From Candidatus Micrarchaeota archaeon (lineage in GTDB: Archaea > Micrarchaeota > Micrarchaeia > Anstonellales > J096), in the NCBI GenBank assembly GCA_026982895.1, contig JALWQW010000026.1, forward strand, positions 41,832-105,831: a stretch of DNA of 64,000 nt, read 5' to 3'. Shown one piece after another: positions 26,880 to 35,764 of the stretch (position 1 is its first letter; the number at the start of each line of letters is the position of its first letter). The notes under the pieces were generated by a model that did no database searches, was not told where the DNA came from, and saw only the letters and a list, made by a program, of their open reading frames with translations. The position numbers and the translations under genes were made by a program.

Positions 26880-28008
26880 GCAGTGCTCGTGGGCGGAAAT
26901 AATTATAAAACATGTAGGCGATGCCAATGATTGCGACGGTTGCTGCTGTCATTAAAAAGCCTCCTTGCAGGTTAGTTATCTCAGCAACATAGCCAAAGAT
27001 TATAAGCCATATAGAGTATACAATCGCCTTTGTCATAGAGGATACAGAGATTGCTGTAGCCCTCTCCTTAGAAGAGACTCTTTTATGTATATAGTCGTCT
27101 TTGAGAACCGTTGCTAATCCTCTAACCAACGGCACTAGAAGAATTGCGTAAAAAGCTAGCTGTGTGTGGAAGAACCCCCATATTGCGAAGAAAAGCGCTT
27201 CCACGGTTGGAATTGATAATATTAGTATCCATTCACCCAATAATTTTTCCAACTTATCAATATATTTTACAATCACTCCACTGATAAGATTAATTAAGCC
27301 AAGAAAGAAGCCGAAGATTGTGAGCGGTACGCCTAATTCTTTTGCAAAAGGCTGTGCTGGCCACACAAAAACATTCAACAAACCGCTCAAAGCAGCGAAG
27401 AATACTATACCTACAATTAAATCTTTGTTGCTAACAATATTCATCACATTGCCTTTGATTGAAGTTGCTTTTTCCTTTCTCTCAGGTTCTTTTAGGGCAA
27501 AGGATAAGATAATGGCTAAACATGTTGTGCCTAAAAGAATATAGAATGGCAAAACCAATGAAATTCCTCCTAAGAATCCGCCAAGTATATTAGCGAAGAA
27601 TCCATAAAAATAAAGCCAGCTCTTCAAATCCCCCCATTCCTTCTTAAATGCTTTACCAACATATTCATACATCATCGCTGAATCTGTACCTGATAAAAGG
27701 GCTCTGCTAGTCGCAAAAGCTATTTCTGCTATTAAAAACTCTATAAAATTTTGTCCAATTATATATATTATTACTCCGAATAATTGTGCCACAAGCCCGC
27801 TTATGAATATATCCTTCCGTCTAAACTTATCACTTAGGTATCCTGTTGGCACTTCTAAAATTATTATGAGGGCAGCAAATACTGCTTGTAAAAAGAGCAC
27901 TTGGGCTAGACTTATTCCTTTTCCTAGGAGGTAGAGCACGAATATAGGCACAATAAAGTATATTTGCCAGAGAGGTGAGATAATTTTAAGCAAATCTTTG
28001 CTCTCCAC
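26869..28008 (-). CDS. MFS-type transporter
   Basis: About 12 hydrophobic segments and a loop motif GYLSDKFRRKD between TM2 and TM3. Confidence 0.7.
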   Translation of the reverse strand: MESKDLLKIISPLWQIYFIVPIFVLYLLGKGISLAQVLFLQAVFAALIIILEVPTGYLSDKFRRKDIFISGLVAQLFGVIIYIIGQNFIEFLIAEIAFATSRALLSGTDSAMMYEYVGKAFKKEWGDLKSWLYFYGFFANILGGFLGGISLVLPFYILLGTTCLAIILSFALKEPERKEKATSIKGNVMNIVSNKDLIVGIVFFAALSGLLNVFVWPAQPFAKELGVPLTIFGFFLGLINLISGVIVKYIDKLEKLLGEWILILSIPTVEALFFAIWGFFHTQLAFYAILLVPLVRGLATVLKDDYIHKRVSSKERATAISVSSMTKAIVYSIWLIIFGYVAEITNLQGGFLMTAATVAIIGIAYMFYNYFRPRALHGR

Positions 28009-28101
28009 ACCTTTCTCTTATCGGGAATTTATAAAAAAGCTCCTCTACGGGCCAACCGAAACTTATTTAAATGTTAGCTGGAAATGTAATGTGGTGATAA
28101 A

Positions 28102-28461
28102 ATGGCTGATAAATCTAAAAGCAAGAATACAGTTTTGGCAGCAGTAAGCTATTTTTTAGGAGTTTTTGCTGTACTTGTCTATCTATTAGTTAAAGATGAT
28201 AAATATGTTAGGTTCCACAGTTTACAAGCGGCACTATATGCTGTAGGGGTTCTTGCTGTTTTCATTGGTATGTTTATAGTCTCCTTTGCATTAGCATTTG
28301 TGCCAAGTATAGGCGGATTATTAAGCCTCCTAGTAGGTATAATAAATTTCTTAATTTTCATAGGCCTTGTTCTCTACTGGCTATATCTAGTGTATAAAGC
28401 CTTCAGCGGAGAGCAATACAAGGCATTCCTTATAGGGGGCTTTGCTGAGAAATCAGCGTAA
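28102..28461 (+). CDS. Small membrane protein (DUF4870-like)
   Basis: YVRFHSLQAALY motif and three TM helices. Confidence 0.5.
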   Translation: MADKSKSKNTVLAAVSYFLGVFAVLVYLLVKDDKYVRFHSLQAALYAVGVLAVFIGMFIVSFALAFVPSIGGLLSLLVGIINFLIFIGLVLYWLYLVYKAFSGEQYKAFLIGGFAEKSA

Positions 28462-28499
28462 TTTTTACTTTTTTATTTTTCTTTTTTATTGCGTTTTTT
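28462..28499 (+). terminator. Oligo-T tract (archaeal terminator-like) in an extremely AT-rich stretch
   Basis: tttttacttttttatttttcttttttattgcgtttttt begins directly after the TAA at 28459-28461. Confidence 0.45.
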
Positions 28500-28642
28500 A
28501 CTCTCATATTTTTGATGATTTCAAAGCTCACTCTTTCCTTAGGTAGAATATTGGAATAGATAACATTTGGAAAGCTAACCTAAAATTTTCTCAATAAATA
28601 TCTCATAAGAAGTTGATATAAGTTGATTCAGACTTTTTCGGT

Positions 28643-28816
28643 CAAACCTTTTCCTAAAAGGTTTGTTTTCTGATAAAACTTTCTTCCTAAGAAAGTTTTC
28701 TTGATGAAACTTCTTTTCTTAAAAGAAGTTTCTTTTGGTTGAGCTTTTCTTTGATGAAACTTTCTTCTTAAGAAAGTTTCTTTTGATTAAACTTTTCTTT
28801 TTAAAAGAAAAGTTTA
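28643..28816. repeat. Array of five related AT-rich palindromic hairpin units
   Basis: H1 28643-28665 caaacctttt-cct-aaaaggtttg. H2 28675-28699 aaaactttctt-cct-aagaaagtttt. H3 28706-28732 gaaacttctttt-ctt-aaaagaagtttc. H4 28756-28780 gaaactttctt-ctt-aagaaagtttc. H5 28788-28816 taaacttttctttt-t-aaaagaaaagttta. Unit spacing is about 31-32 bp (one gap of 50 bp), and H2-H5 are each preceded by tgat. Confidence 0.85.
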
Positions 28817-28818
28817 TA

Positions 28819-28890
28819 TGGACCCTGGGGGATTCGAACCCCCGGCCTCCCGCGTGCAAGGCGGGCGCTCTACTGCTGAGCTAAGGGCCC
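28819..28890 (-). tRNA. tRNA-Ala (anticodon UGC)
   Basis: Reverse complement is GGGCCCTTAGCTCAGCAGTAGAGCGCCCGCCTTGCACGCGGGAGGCCGGGGGTTCGAATCCCCCAGGGTCCA. It has the G3:U70 alanine identity pair; the anticodon arm is CCCGC-CTTGCAC-GCGGG. Confidence 0.9.
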
Positions 28891-28977
28891 TTCTTTTCAC
28901 ATACATTAATGCAGGATAATCTTTTTAATACAATTAGATAAAAGAGGGAAATAATAAAAAGAAAAAAAGAATTAAAT

Positions 28978-29445
28978 TTATGGGCAAACAACTCTCATAG
29001 GTACTTTACCTATCTCTTTGTATGTCGCTGTTCCGAAGCTTTTCTTGTAGCTGATGACCATATCGAATTCCTTCATCTTTCCACTGTCGCTGCTTGAACA
29101 AACAGCGCTTGCGAAGGTTACAGTAGTCTCTGTTTCGTCAGAAGGATAGAGAGATACACTCAAAGCGCTGCTAGGAGCGTTGTCGTCTAAACTTATGTTT
29201 GTAATTGTTAACTTCCTAACATCTTTGTTTGTTAAAGTAAATGTTACATTCTTCCCATCGCTGCTTGTAACAGCCCAGTCACTCACACCCACAGGCATCA
29301 TACTTGCCCAATAGATTTTACTGTTATCTATGAGCGATTTCTGTCCATATTGACCGAACTGGTTCAATAAGAACACCACTATCAAAGCCACTACTAACAC
29401 AGCAGCAAAAATCACAAGGTACTCCGTTGACCCTTGACCTTTCAT
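28978..29445 (-). CDS. Type IV pilin-like protein with a class III signal peptide (candidate major subunit)
   Basis: MKGQGSTEYLVIFAAVLVVALIVVFLL matches the K-G-Q-x-S-x-E-Y-L class III signal followed by a hydrophobic helix. Alternative TTG start at 29457. T-rich terminator downstream. Confidence 0.7.
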   Translation of the reverse strand: MKGQGSTEYLVIFAAVLVVALIVVFLLNQFGQYGQKSLIDNSKIYWASMMPVGVSDWAVTSSDGKNVTFTLTNKDVRKLTITNISLDDNAPSSALSVSLYPSDETETTVTFASAVCSSSDSGKMKEFDMVISYKKSFGTATYKEIGKVPMRVVCP

Positions 29446-29613
29446 ATCTATCACCAACAGCCTTTATCCTCGAAGCATTTATATATGTTTCTATATAATT
29501 TGAATATAAGTCCGCGTTTGCATGTATATTTATAGTAAATTTAAAACTAAATATCTTCTTTTCCCACAGCGCGCACGAAAGCTTTTTTAATAAGCCCTCT
29601 CTAATTTGATGTG

Positions 29614-30648
29614 ATGGCAGCAACAAAAAAGAAGAGGAGTTCTTCGGTTAGACATTCCAAACACAACTCTACTAAAAAATCCAGCACTTCGAAGAAAAAA
29701 TCATCCCATAAAAAAACCACTTCCGCAAAATCCACTAAATCTAAGGCTTCTAAGACGGTCAAGGCCAAAAAAGGGTTGAAAGAAAAGCCAAGCCTAAAGG
29801 CTAAAACACAGATAGATGTTGAAGAAAGAAGCAAACAAAAGACAACTAATAAACCTAAAACACAATTTGAAACTGGTGAAGCATTTTTCAAATCATTGAG
29901 AAAGCGCTTCTCAGACTTATACAACTCCTTAGAATTTTCAGATGTTTATACTGAACGTATTTCTTCAGGCATCGATGGTCTAGATGATTTATTGGCAGGC
30001 GGGTTTCATAAAAACTCTGTAATAATTTTTGCTGGGCCGCCGGGCAGTGGAAAGACACTCTTTGGTTTAGAGTTTGTTTATGAAGGTGTTTTATCCAATG
30101 AGCCTGTCCTCTTTATCTCACTAACTGAGAGCATGGACTCAATTCATAAACATTTAGAGCCTATATTGCAAAAGTATAAGGGTGAGAAAGATATTGAAAA
30201 GAACTTCCATTTAGCTTATTATTCTCCTTACGAATTGAGAGAGATGCTCACAGGCACTAGGAACAGCCTTTTAGATTATATAGACGAACATAACATATCT
30301 CGGCTAGTGATAGATCCTATATCTGCTTTAACAGCCACATTTAAGAGCGCTTCTGATGAGAACGAATTTGTATATAAGATGTTCCAGCTTTTTCAAAAGG
30401 CAGATGCAACAGTTCTTTTAACAGTGGATCGAGAAACGCCCAAAACTGAAAGATTTACGCGATGGGATTTTATGGCGGATACCCTCATAGAATTAAATTT
30501 CGAAGAAGTTGGTTTAAATGAGAAATTCCGCTTCTTAGATGTCGTGAAGGCGAGGGATACTGATATTAAATTGAGAAAGGCTCCTTATATATTAACCCCC
30601 ACGGGCGTCCATGTTTTCTCAGAGGAGGGTGGTTTATTTGAGCTTTAA
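29614..30648 (+). CDS. KaiC/RecA-superfamily ATPase (ArlH/FlaH-like) with a roughly 115-aa Lys/Ser-rich N-terminal tail
   Basis: The core ISSGIDGLDDLLAGGFHKNSVIIFAGPPGSGKTLFGLEF (Walker A) and LVIDPISAL (Walker B-like) match KaiC-like ATPases. The tail begins MAATKKKRSSSVRHSKHNSTKKSSTSKKKSSHKK... ATG at 29614 lies about 26 nt from the TATA gcttttttaataag. Confidence 0.7.
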   Translation: MAATKKKRSSSVRHSKHNSTKKSSTSKKKSSHKKTTSAKSTKSKASKTVKAKKGLKEKPSLKAKTQIDVEERSKQKTTNKPKTQFETGEAFFKSLRKRFSDLYNSLEFSDVYTERISSGIDGLDDLLAGGFHKNSVIIFAGPPGSGKTLFGLEFVYEGVLSNEPVLFISLTESMDSIHKHLEPILQKYKGEKDIEKNFHLAYYSPYELREMLTGTRNSLLDYIDEHNISRLVIDPISALTATFKSASDENEFVYKMFQLFQKADATVLLTVDRETPKTERFTRWDFMADTLIELNFEEVGLNEKFRFLDVVKARDTDIKLRKAPYILTPTGVHVFSEEGGLFEL

Positions 30649-31060
30649 GGCGCAAGTCTCAACTGAATATCTGATGCTATTTACAATCTCTATAACAATA
30701 ACTTTGGGTTTAGCTATTATTGCTTACAATACATATCAAAGCATTCTCATGAAAAATGATGTATATAAGGCCGTGAATTTCTTAGACGATGTTGATAATA
30801 TAGCATATTCTGTTTATCTCCAAGGCAATTATGCTGCGCGAGAAGCTTTTTTGCTGTTACCCTCAGATGTTGATGGAAATAGCTTTACCATATCTTCTTC
30901 GAACATTTTAACGATAGAGACGCACAACTCAACATATGCTAAAAAAATTTCAGTTCCAATAAACCCCGCATTCATACATAATCTTGACCATGGTGAAGGT
31001 GTGCGCTTGCGGTTCTATATGCGTAATGGTGTGGTCCAGATAAAGGAGGTTGCTTCATAA
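30638..31060 (+). CDS. Pilin-like protein with a class III signal peptide
   Basis: (L)SFKAQVSTEYLMLFTISITITLGLAII. GGAGG at 30623-30627 precedes TTG 30638; GTG 30629 or ATG 30611 are alternatives. Confidence 0.6.
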   Translation: MSFKAQVSTEYLMLFTISITITLGLAIIAYNTYQSILMKNDVYKAVNFLDDVDNIAYSVYLQGNYAAREAFLLLPSDVDGNSFTISSSNILTIETHNSTYAKKISVPINPAFIHNLDHGEGVRLRFYMRNGVVQIKEVAS

Positions 31061-31431
31061 TGCTCAATTTGGAATATGTCATAATCCTCACAGCCATTGG
31101 TTTTTTGCTATATGTCTTTATACATATAAATACAGGGCTTTTACCCCATCAAAAAGCTATGTTGGGCACTACTCAGTTATCTAAAAATCGTGCTATAATT
31201 GAAAATGCTTTATCCTCATTGGAGTTGTGTGGTGATGGTTGCGTCGAGGATGTTCATCTTGGGGGTGCGCCGGATATAATTATAGATGACAATCATTTAT
31301 TGCTATCGAAAGGTAATGACACAGTTTCTTTCCATCCAATGTTTATTTATGTAGGGAATAATCTATCTAAAGTCCATACACTTAGATTAATCAAAACACG
31401 AGATAAAATAAGGGTGGTTAAGCTTGAATAG
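31060..31431 (+). CDS. Pilin-like or minor filament protein (N-terminal hydrophobic helix)
   Basis: MLNLEYVIILTAIGFLLYVF. AAGGAGGT lies upstream and the ATG overlaps the upstream TAA. Confidence 0.45.
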   Translation: MLNLEYVIILTAIGFLLYVFIHINTGLLPHQKAMLGTTQLSKNRAIIENALSSLELCGDGCVEDVHLGGAPDIIIDDNHLLLSKGNDTVSFHPMFIYVGNNLSKVHTLRLIKTRDKIRVVKLE

Positions 31432-31873
31432 CATCGACTTTATCATAGCATTTTCATTATTTATGCTATTATTTTTCTTTACTATGAGCTTAACCGTTAG
31501 GCAACCATATTGGCAGGACCCTTATTTTTTACCTGCGTTTATAGATGATGCTGGCTCGCCAGGTTATTGGCATTATCTTCCTAGTGATGAGTGGGCGATG
31601 CCTGGCTTAACATATTTGTGGCGGCCGCAAAACATTAATGATGATAAGTTATCCGCTTTAGACGATGCCCTTCATAACAATGCTTCGTTTGTGAAGGAAA
31701 GGTGGGGTATAGAGGGTTATAAATTAAGGTTTGTGATAACAGATTATTTTACAGATTCTCGCCTATATAAATATTGGGAAAATGGGGCTATGAATGATGT
31801 TAAAATGCGTTACCGCTGGCTCGTCGTTTATGATGGCAAATTAGCTGTTGCTAGATTGGTGGTGTTTAGATGA
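31424..31873 (+). CDS. Pilin-like or minor filament protein (N-terminal hydrophobic helix)
   Basis: MNSIDFIIAFSLFMLLFFFTMSL. 8-nt overlap with the upstream gene. Confidence 0.45.
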   Translation: MNSIDFIIAFSLFMLLFFFTMSLTVRQPYWQDPYFLPAFIDDAGSPGYWHYLPSDEWAMPGLTYLWRPQNINDDKLSALDDALHNNASFVKERWGIEGYKLRFVITDYFTDSRLYKYWENGAMNDVKMRYRWLVVYDGKLAVARLVVFR

Positions 31874-32310
31874 GGGGCTTTGTTTTTACATTAGATGTTC
31901 TATTAGCTATGTTGCTTGTCTTGTCTGCTATAGCCATTTTACCTCATTATAACCATCGCATTAGCAGGCATGATCTTGGTCTAATGGCTAATACACTTTT
32001 AGCAGCAGCCGACGCTAATGGAACTCTTCAGGATGTCGTAACATCTCAATCCGATGCCCAAGATTTCATAGACAGGCTTCATACTTTTTCTCAAACTATT
32101 CCCTACTGTGGGCACATGTATGTTTATAGAGTAAGAGCTAATAATATTCAATCCTCTTTCGATGTTATGACAAATGGTTGCTCGGCACCCACAGATGCTT
32201 TAGTTGAAAATTATACAACTTATCGAACAGTGCTGTATAATGATAATAACCCTCCTTCTGGTAGAGTGGTTTATGGTGTGAGGTTGATTTTATGGGTAGA
32301 GCCTTCGTAA
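31870..32310 (+). CDS. Pilin-like protein with a class III signal peptide (RG/F type)
   Basis: MRGFVFTLDVLLAMLLVLSAIAIL. 4-nt overlap with the upstream gene. Confidence 0.55.
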   Translation: MRGFVFTLDVLLAMLLVLSAIAILPHYNHRISRHDLGLMANTLLAAADANGTLQDVVTSQSDAQDFIDRLHTFSQTIPYCGHMYVYRVRANNIQSSFDVMTNGCSAPTDALVENYTTYRTVLYNDNNPPSGRVVYGVRLILWVEPS

Positions 32311-33176
32311 GTCAGTTGTTTCTTCTTATAATATTCCTTCCTCTTCTCTCGTATTTTATAGCGCTGGCATTTTTGTCTCATTGGCAAGAACCTCTTTATT
32401 CATCAGCAGGCTTCCCTATAAGCGATGTCATATCTGACTTAAATGTTTGGAATCCTCGAAATGCTTCTATTTCTAGAGAGAATGGCAATACATATTTACA
32501 CCTTCATATATACACAGAAATGCCTGAGCCAGATTACAGTCAAGAAGTTTCAGATTATACAGATAGACTCAATCAATGGTGGAATTTTACAGGGTATAAT
32601 TACACATTAAATCTTACAGGTTTTGATGATGGAAGCGACATGTGGCTCTTATTTTCTAGTGGGTGGTCTCAATTCAATGATCATGATACATATCCATTCA
32701 TCTTCCATGGTGATTCTCGCCTAGTTTCTTTTAATGATACTTACATTTATGTGAATGTCAATTCATTTAGATCCCCTCAAATTAGGCGCAGAGGTTATAG
32801 TGGTGATTTTTATAGCACTCTTTACTATGATGATGGCTCCAACCAATATACAATTATTTTAAATGGTGTTGATATGACTAAGCAAAATTATGCTAGATTT
32901 ACATATAGGGGTTTTGGCCCTCCTTGGTGGTGGGGTAGTGGTTCAACAGTTACAATTTATTTTGGTTTATATGATGGCGAGCCGTATTCACTTGCTGTTG
33001 AAGCTGAAGAGAATGGATGGATTGGCGGAGCTACTCCTCTAACAGGCCATGTTAATCTATTTGCGGACTTCTATAATGTAAGTGAGTATGTTATCGGTTA
33101 CTATCCTGCAAACATCACCATCAATCAGGGAAAGGTTTATAAAGAAGCACCTGGAATTGTCATTGTAGAGGGATAA
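32292..33176 (+). CDS. Larger pilin-like or tip-associated protein (N-terminal hydrophobic helix)
   Basis: MGRAFVSQLFLLIIFLPLLSYFIALAFL. GAGGT lies 9 nt upstream. The body is Trp/Tyr/Gly-rich. Confidence 0.45.
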   Translation: MGRAFVSQLFLLIIFLPLLSYFIALAFLSHWQEPLYSSAGFPISDVISDLNVWNPRNASISRENGNTYLHLHIYTEMPEPDYSQEVSDYTDRLNQWWNFTGYNYTLNLTGFDDGSDMWLLFSSGWSQFNDHDTYPFIFHGDSRLVSFNDTYIYVNVNSFRSPQIRRRGYSGDFYSTLYYDDGSNQYTIILNGVDMTKQNYARFTYRGFGPPWWWGSGSTVTIYFGLYDGEPYSLAVEAEENGWIGGATPLTGHVNLFADFYNVSEYVIGYYPANITINQGKVYKEAPGIVIVEG

Positions 33177-33179
33177 ATC

Positions 33180-34874
33180 ATGATTATACGAACCAAATTG
33201 GATTTTTTGGCTGAAATGCAGGGGAAGCGTTTATATCTTCCAGCTCTAGCCAAGCTTTTAAAAGTGGATAAAAATAAATTGGAAGAGGCCCTCGAATGGA
33301 TTGAAGAGGGTGGAGGGGTTGAACTTTCATATATGCCATTGCCTTTTGTACCACCTTCGGTTCATATACTCAATCTTCCAACGGTTTTTGAGCCAGACCT
33401 TACTCGTGTTGGTAGAACACTTGAAAAGTATATTATCGAAAGTGCTGATTTGGTGTATAAAGCAGAGGTTACCATATATGAAGGTAAAGATGGTAAGAAG
33501 ATTTATTTCTTGAATTATCCCTTGGCAGGTCCAGCTACCTCAATATACCTAGCTAAACTTAAAGAGTATCTCGCTTTAACCTTGCCTGCTGAAACTTCGC
33601 TCATGACTGAAGAGGATAGGAGGGAAAGAATTTACAAACCTCATTTAGAAATCTCCTATAAAAAATTATCTCCCTTCGTTTTTTCAGATGATGACCTTCT
33701 CTTACTTTCTGGAATACTTAGGTCTGAAATGTATGGTATAGGCCTCATCGAATACCTTCTAACAGATCCAAACATAGAGGAAGTTGTCGTCAATAACTCT
33801 AAAACACCAGTTTTCGTATACCATAGAAAGTATGGTTGGTTGGAAACTAATTTACTCATTCCCACAGAGGAAGCTATAAATAATTTAGCGGTTAGGATTG
33901 CTCGTGGAGTTGGAAAACAAGTAACCATCCTTGATCCATTACTTGATGCACATCTTTTGAAAGGCGAGCGTGTCAATGCTGTTTTGTATCCAATATCTGT
34001 TAAAGGTAATTCACTTACTATTCGTAAGTTCTCATCAGAGCCATTTACCTTGCCTATGCTCATAGAGAATCATACTTTAAGTGCTGATATGGCAGCCCTT
34101 CTTTGGCAGGCAGTTGAACTTGAGATGAATATACTCTTTGTAGGTGGAACAGCTACAGGTAAGACAACTATGATGAACGCAGCACTGATGTTTCTTGACC
34201 CATCTCATCGCATAATAACTATAGAAGATACACGCGAGCTTAATTTCCCAGATCATTATAAGAATTGGATTCCACTCATAACGAGATCTGCCAATCCTGA
34301 AGGTTTGGGGGAGGTCACGCTTCTTGATTTATTGGTAAATAGTCTCCGTATGCGCCCTGATAGGATCATAGTCGGCGAAGTTAGGCGCAGAGAAGAGGCT
34401 ATTGTCATGTTTGAGGCGATGCATACAGGACATAGTGTTTATTCTACCTTCCATGCAGATACTTCAAGTATTGCTTTGAGGAGGTTACAAGAAGAGCCTA
34501 TAAAATTGCCGTCAAGTGAGCTTGCCTCTTTGGATTTAATTGTTACTCAAAGAAGGGATAGGGAAACAGGCGTTAGGCGAACCTTTGAAATAAGTCAGGT
34601 TGTCTATTCTGAAGGCAATGTTGATGTTCAACCCATCTTCACCCATAGGATAAGGGCAGATAGCTTTGAGTTTTCTCAATTGCCTATACGCTACAAGGAG
34701 AAATTAACAATGTATACAGGTATGCTCGATGACGAAATTAAGAGAGATTTGAAGGAGAGAGCCAACTATTTGAAGACTATGCTGAAGAAGAATATAAGAA
34801 AAATGGAGGATGTCGTCGATCTTTTGAAGACTTATTATGTGGATAAACATGCGTTTGAAAAGAGGTTGAGGTAA
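33180..34874 (+). CDS. Type II/IV secretion-family assembly ATPase (ArlI/FlaI/PilB-like)
   Basis: Walker [10 protein letters not shown], Asp box ITIEDTREL, Walker [11 protein letters not shown] and His box [11 protein letters not shown]. Confidence 0.9.
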   Translation: MIIRTKLDFLAEMQGKRLYLPALAKLLKVDKNKLEEALEWIEEGGGVELSYMPLPFVPPSVHILNLPTVFEPDLTRVGRTLEKYIIESADLVYKAEVTIYEGKDGKKIYFLNYPLAGPATSIYLAKLKEYLALTLPAETSLMTEEDRRERIYKPHLEISYKKLSPFVFSDDDLLLLSGILRSEMYGIGLIEYLLTDPNIEEVVVNNSKTPVFVYHRKYGWLETNLLIPTEEAINNLAVRIARGVGKQVTILDPLLDAHLLKGERVNAVLYPISVKGNSLTIRKFSSEPFTLPMLIENHTLSADMAALLWQAVELEMNILFVGGTATGKTTMMNAALMFLDPSHRIITIEDTRELNFPDHYKNWIPLITRSANPEGLGEVTLLDLLVNSLRMRPDRIIVGEVRRREEAIVMFEAMHTGHSVYSTFHADTSSIALRRLQEEPIKLPSSELASLDLIVTQRRDRETGVRRTFEISQVVYSEGNVDVQPIFTHRIRADSFEFSQLPIRYKEKLTMYTGMLDDEIKRDLKERANYLKTMLKKNIRKMEDVVDLLKTYYVDKHAFEKRLR

Positions 34875-35764
34875 TGGGTAAGCTTGGCGTGTTCTTACTG
34901 TTCGATACAAAAAAACACAAGCATATCCTCAGAAGATTCTCATTCATAGGCGAGATGTTGGAGGCAGTTTTCCCATTTACAGCTCCAGATATAGAGGCTA
35001 TAGATACATCTGTTATGCCCTCTCTTTTCTTAACAAATGCATTCATCTCATCTTTCATATTTGCGTTTGTGTTTAGCGCAATTATATATTATGTTGCTTC
35101 CTTAATTCCATTTTTACAACAACCTCTCCTCACAGCAACTATAATATTTTTGTATCTTCTCATAATGCTTCTTATCCTTAATGTTATTCACCCTCATGCT
35201 TACAAACTTGATTTGGCTAAGAGAACTGACAGAGATTTGAGTTTTATGCTAAAAGATATAATCATACAAGTGAAATCAGGCGTTTTATTGTACGATGCTC
35301 TTGTCGCTGTAACATCAGCGCATAGTTATGGTGAGGCAACTAGGCAATTAAAAGAAGTTATCAACAAATTAAACCAAGGATATACTTATAAGGCTGCTAT
35401 GGAAGATCTGGCGTCTAAGATTAACAGCGAATTCATGAAAAAGGTTCTGTGGCAATTTTCTTCAATATTCACGGTTGGTGGTAATGCCACAAGCCTGTTT
35501 GAGAGCATGGAGAGGGTTTTACAGGATTACCATGAGAGAGAAATTAAACATTATCTCGATGTGGCCAATCTTGTTCTGTTTGTTTATCTTCTATTCGGCG
35601 CAGTATTGCCAGGCATATTTTTAGTTTCTGGCGTCGTATTGTCTGTAGTGCTTGGGACCGAGTTGTCGAATGTTACTATTATAGGTGTTCTTGGCTTGTC
35701 TTTGCTCATCCAAGTGTTCTTGGTTGGTTATCTTAAAACCTCTAAACCTTTGGTGATGGAATGA
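34874..35764 (+). CDS. Type IV filament platform membrane protein (T2SSF/TadB-C/ArlJ-like), part 1
   Basis: Polytopic protein with a cytoplasmic helical domain (LSFMLKDIIIQVKSGVLLYDALVAV...). ATG overlaps the ATPase stop. Confidence 0.7.
   Translation: MGKLGVFLLFDTKKHKHILRRFSFIGEMLEAVFPFTAPDIEAIDTSVMPSLFLTNAFISSFIFAFVFSAIIYYVASLIPFLQQPLLTATIIFLYLLIMLLILNVIHPHAYKLDLAKRTDRDLSFMLKDIIIQVKSGVLLYDALVAVTSAHSYGEATRQLKEVINKLNQGYTYKAAMEDLASKINSEFMKKVLWQFSSIFTVGGNATSLFESMERVLQDYHEREIKHYLDVANLVLFVYLLFGAVLPGIFLVSGVVLSVVLGTELSNVTIIGVLGLSLLIQVFLVGYLKTSKPLVME

Noticed and set aside
26880-26927. 16-codon N-terminal extension of AlaRS (MASPTCFIIISAHEHC)
   Set aside because: It overlaps the MFS gene 3' end and is not AlaRS-like. 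The conserved N-terminus begins at MVDKKELRLKF (ATG 26879).
28702-28757. TGATGA (C-box-like) motifs at 28702-28707 and 28752-28757, suggesting C/D-box sRNAs
   Set aside because: The motif arises from the repeat junction ttgat|gaaac. No matching CTGA D box or terminal stem lies at the proper distance.
28643-28816. Possible CRISPR array (regularly spaced short repeats)
   Set aside because: The gaps between units are only 6-23 nt and share sequence (..ttgat). The units are non-identical perfect palindromes. There is no leader or cas gene nearby. It is reported as a hairpin repeat array instead.
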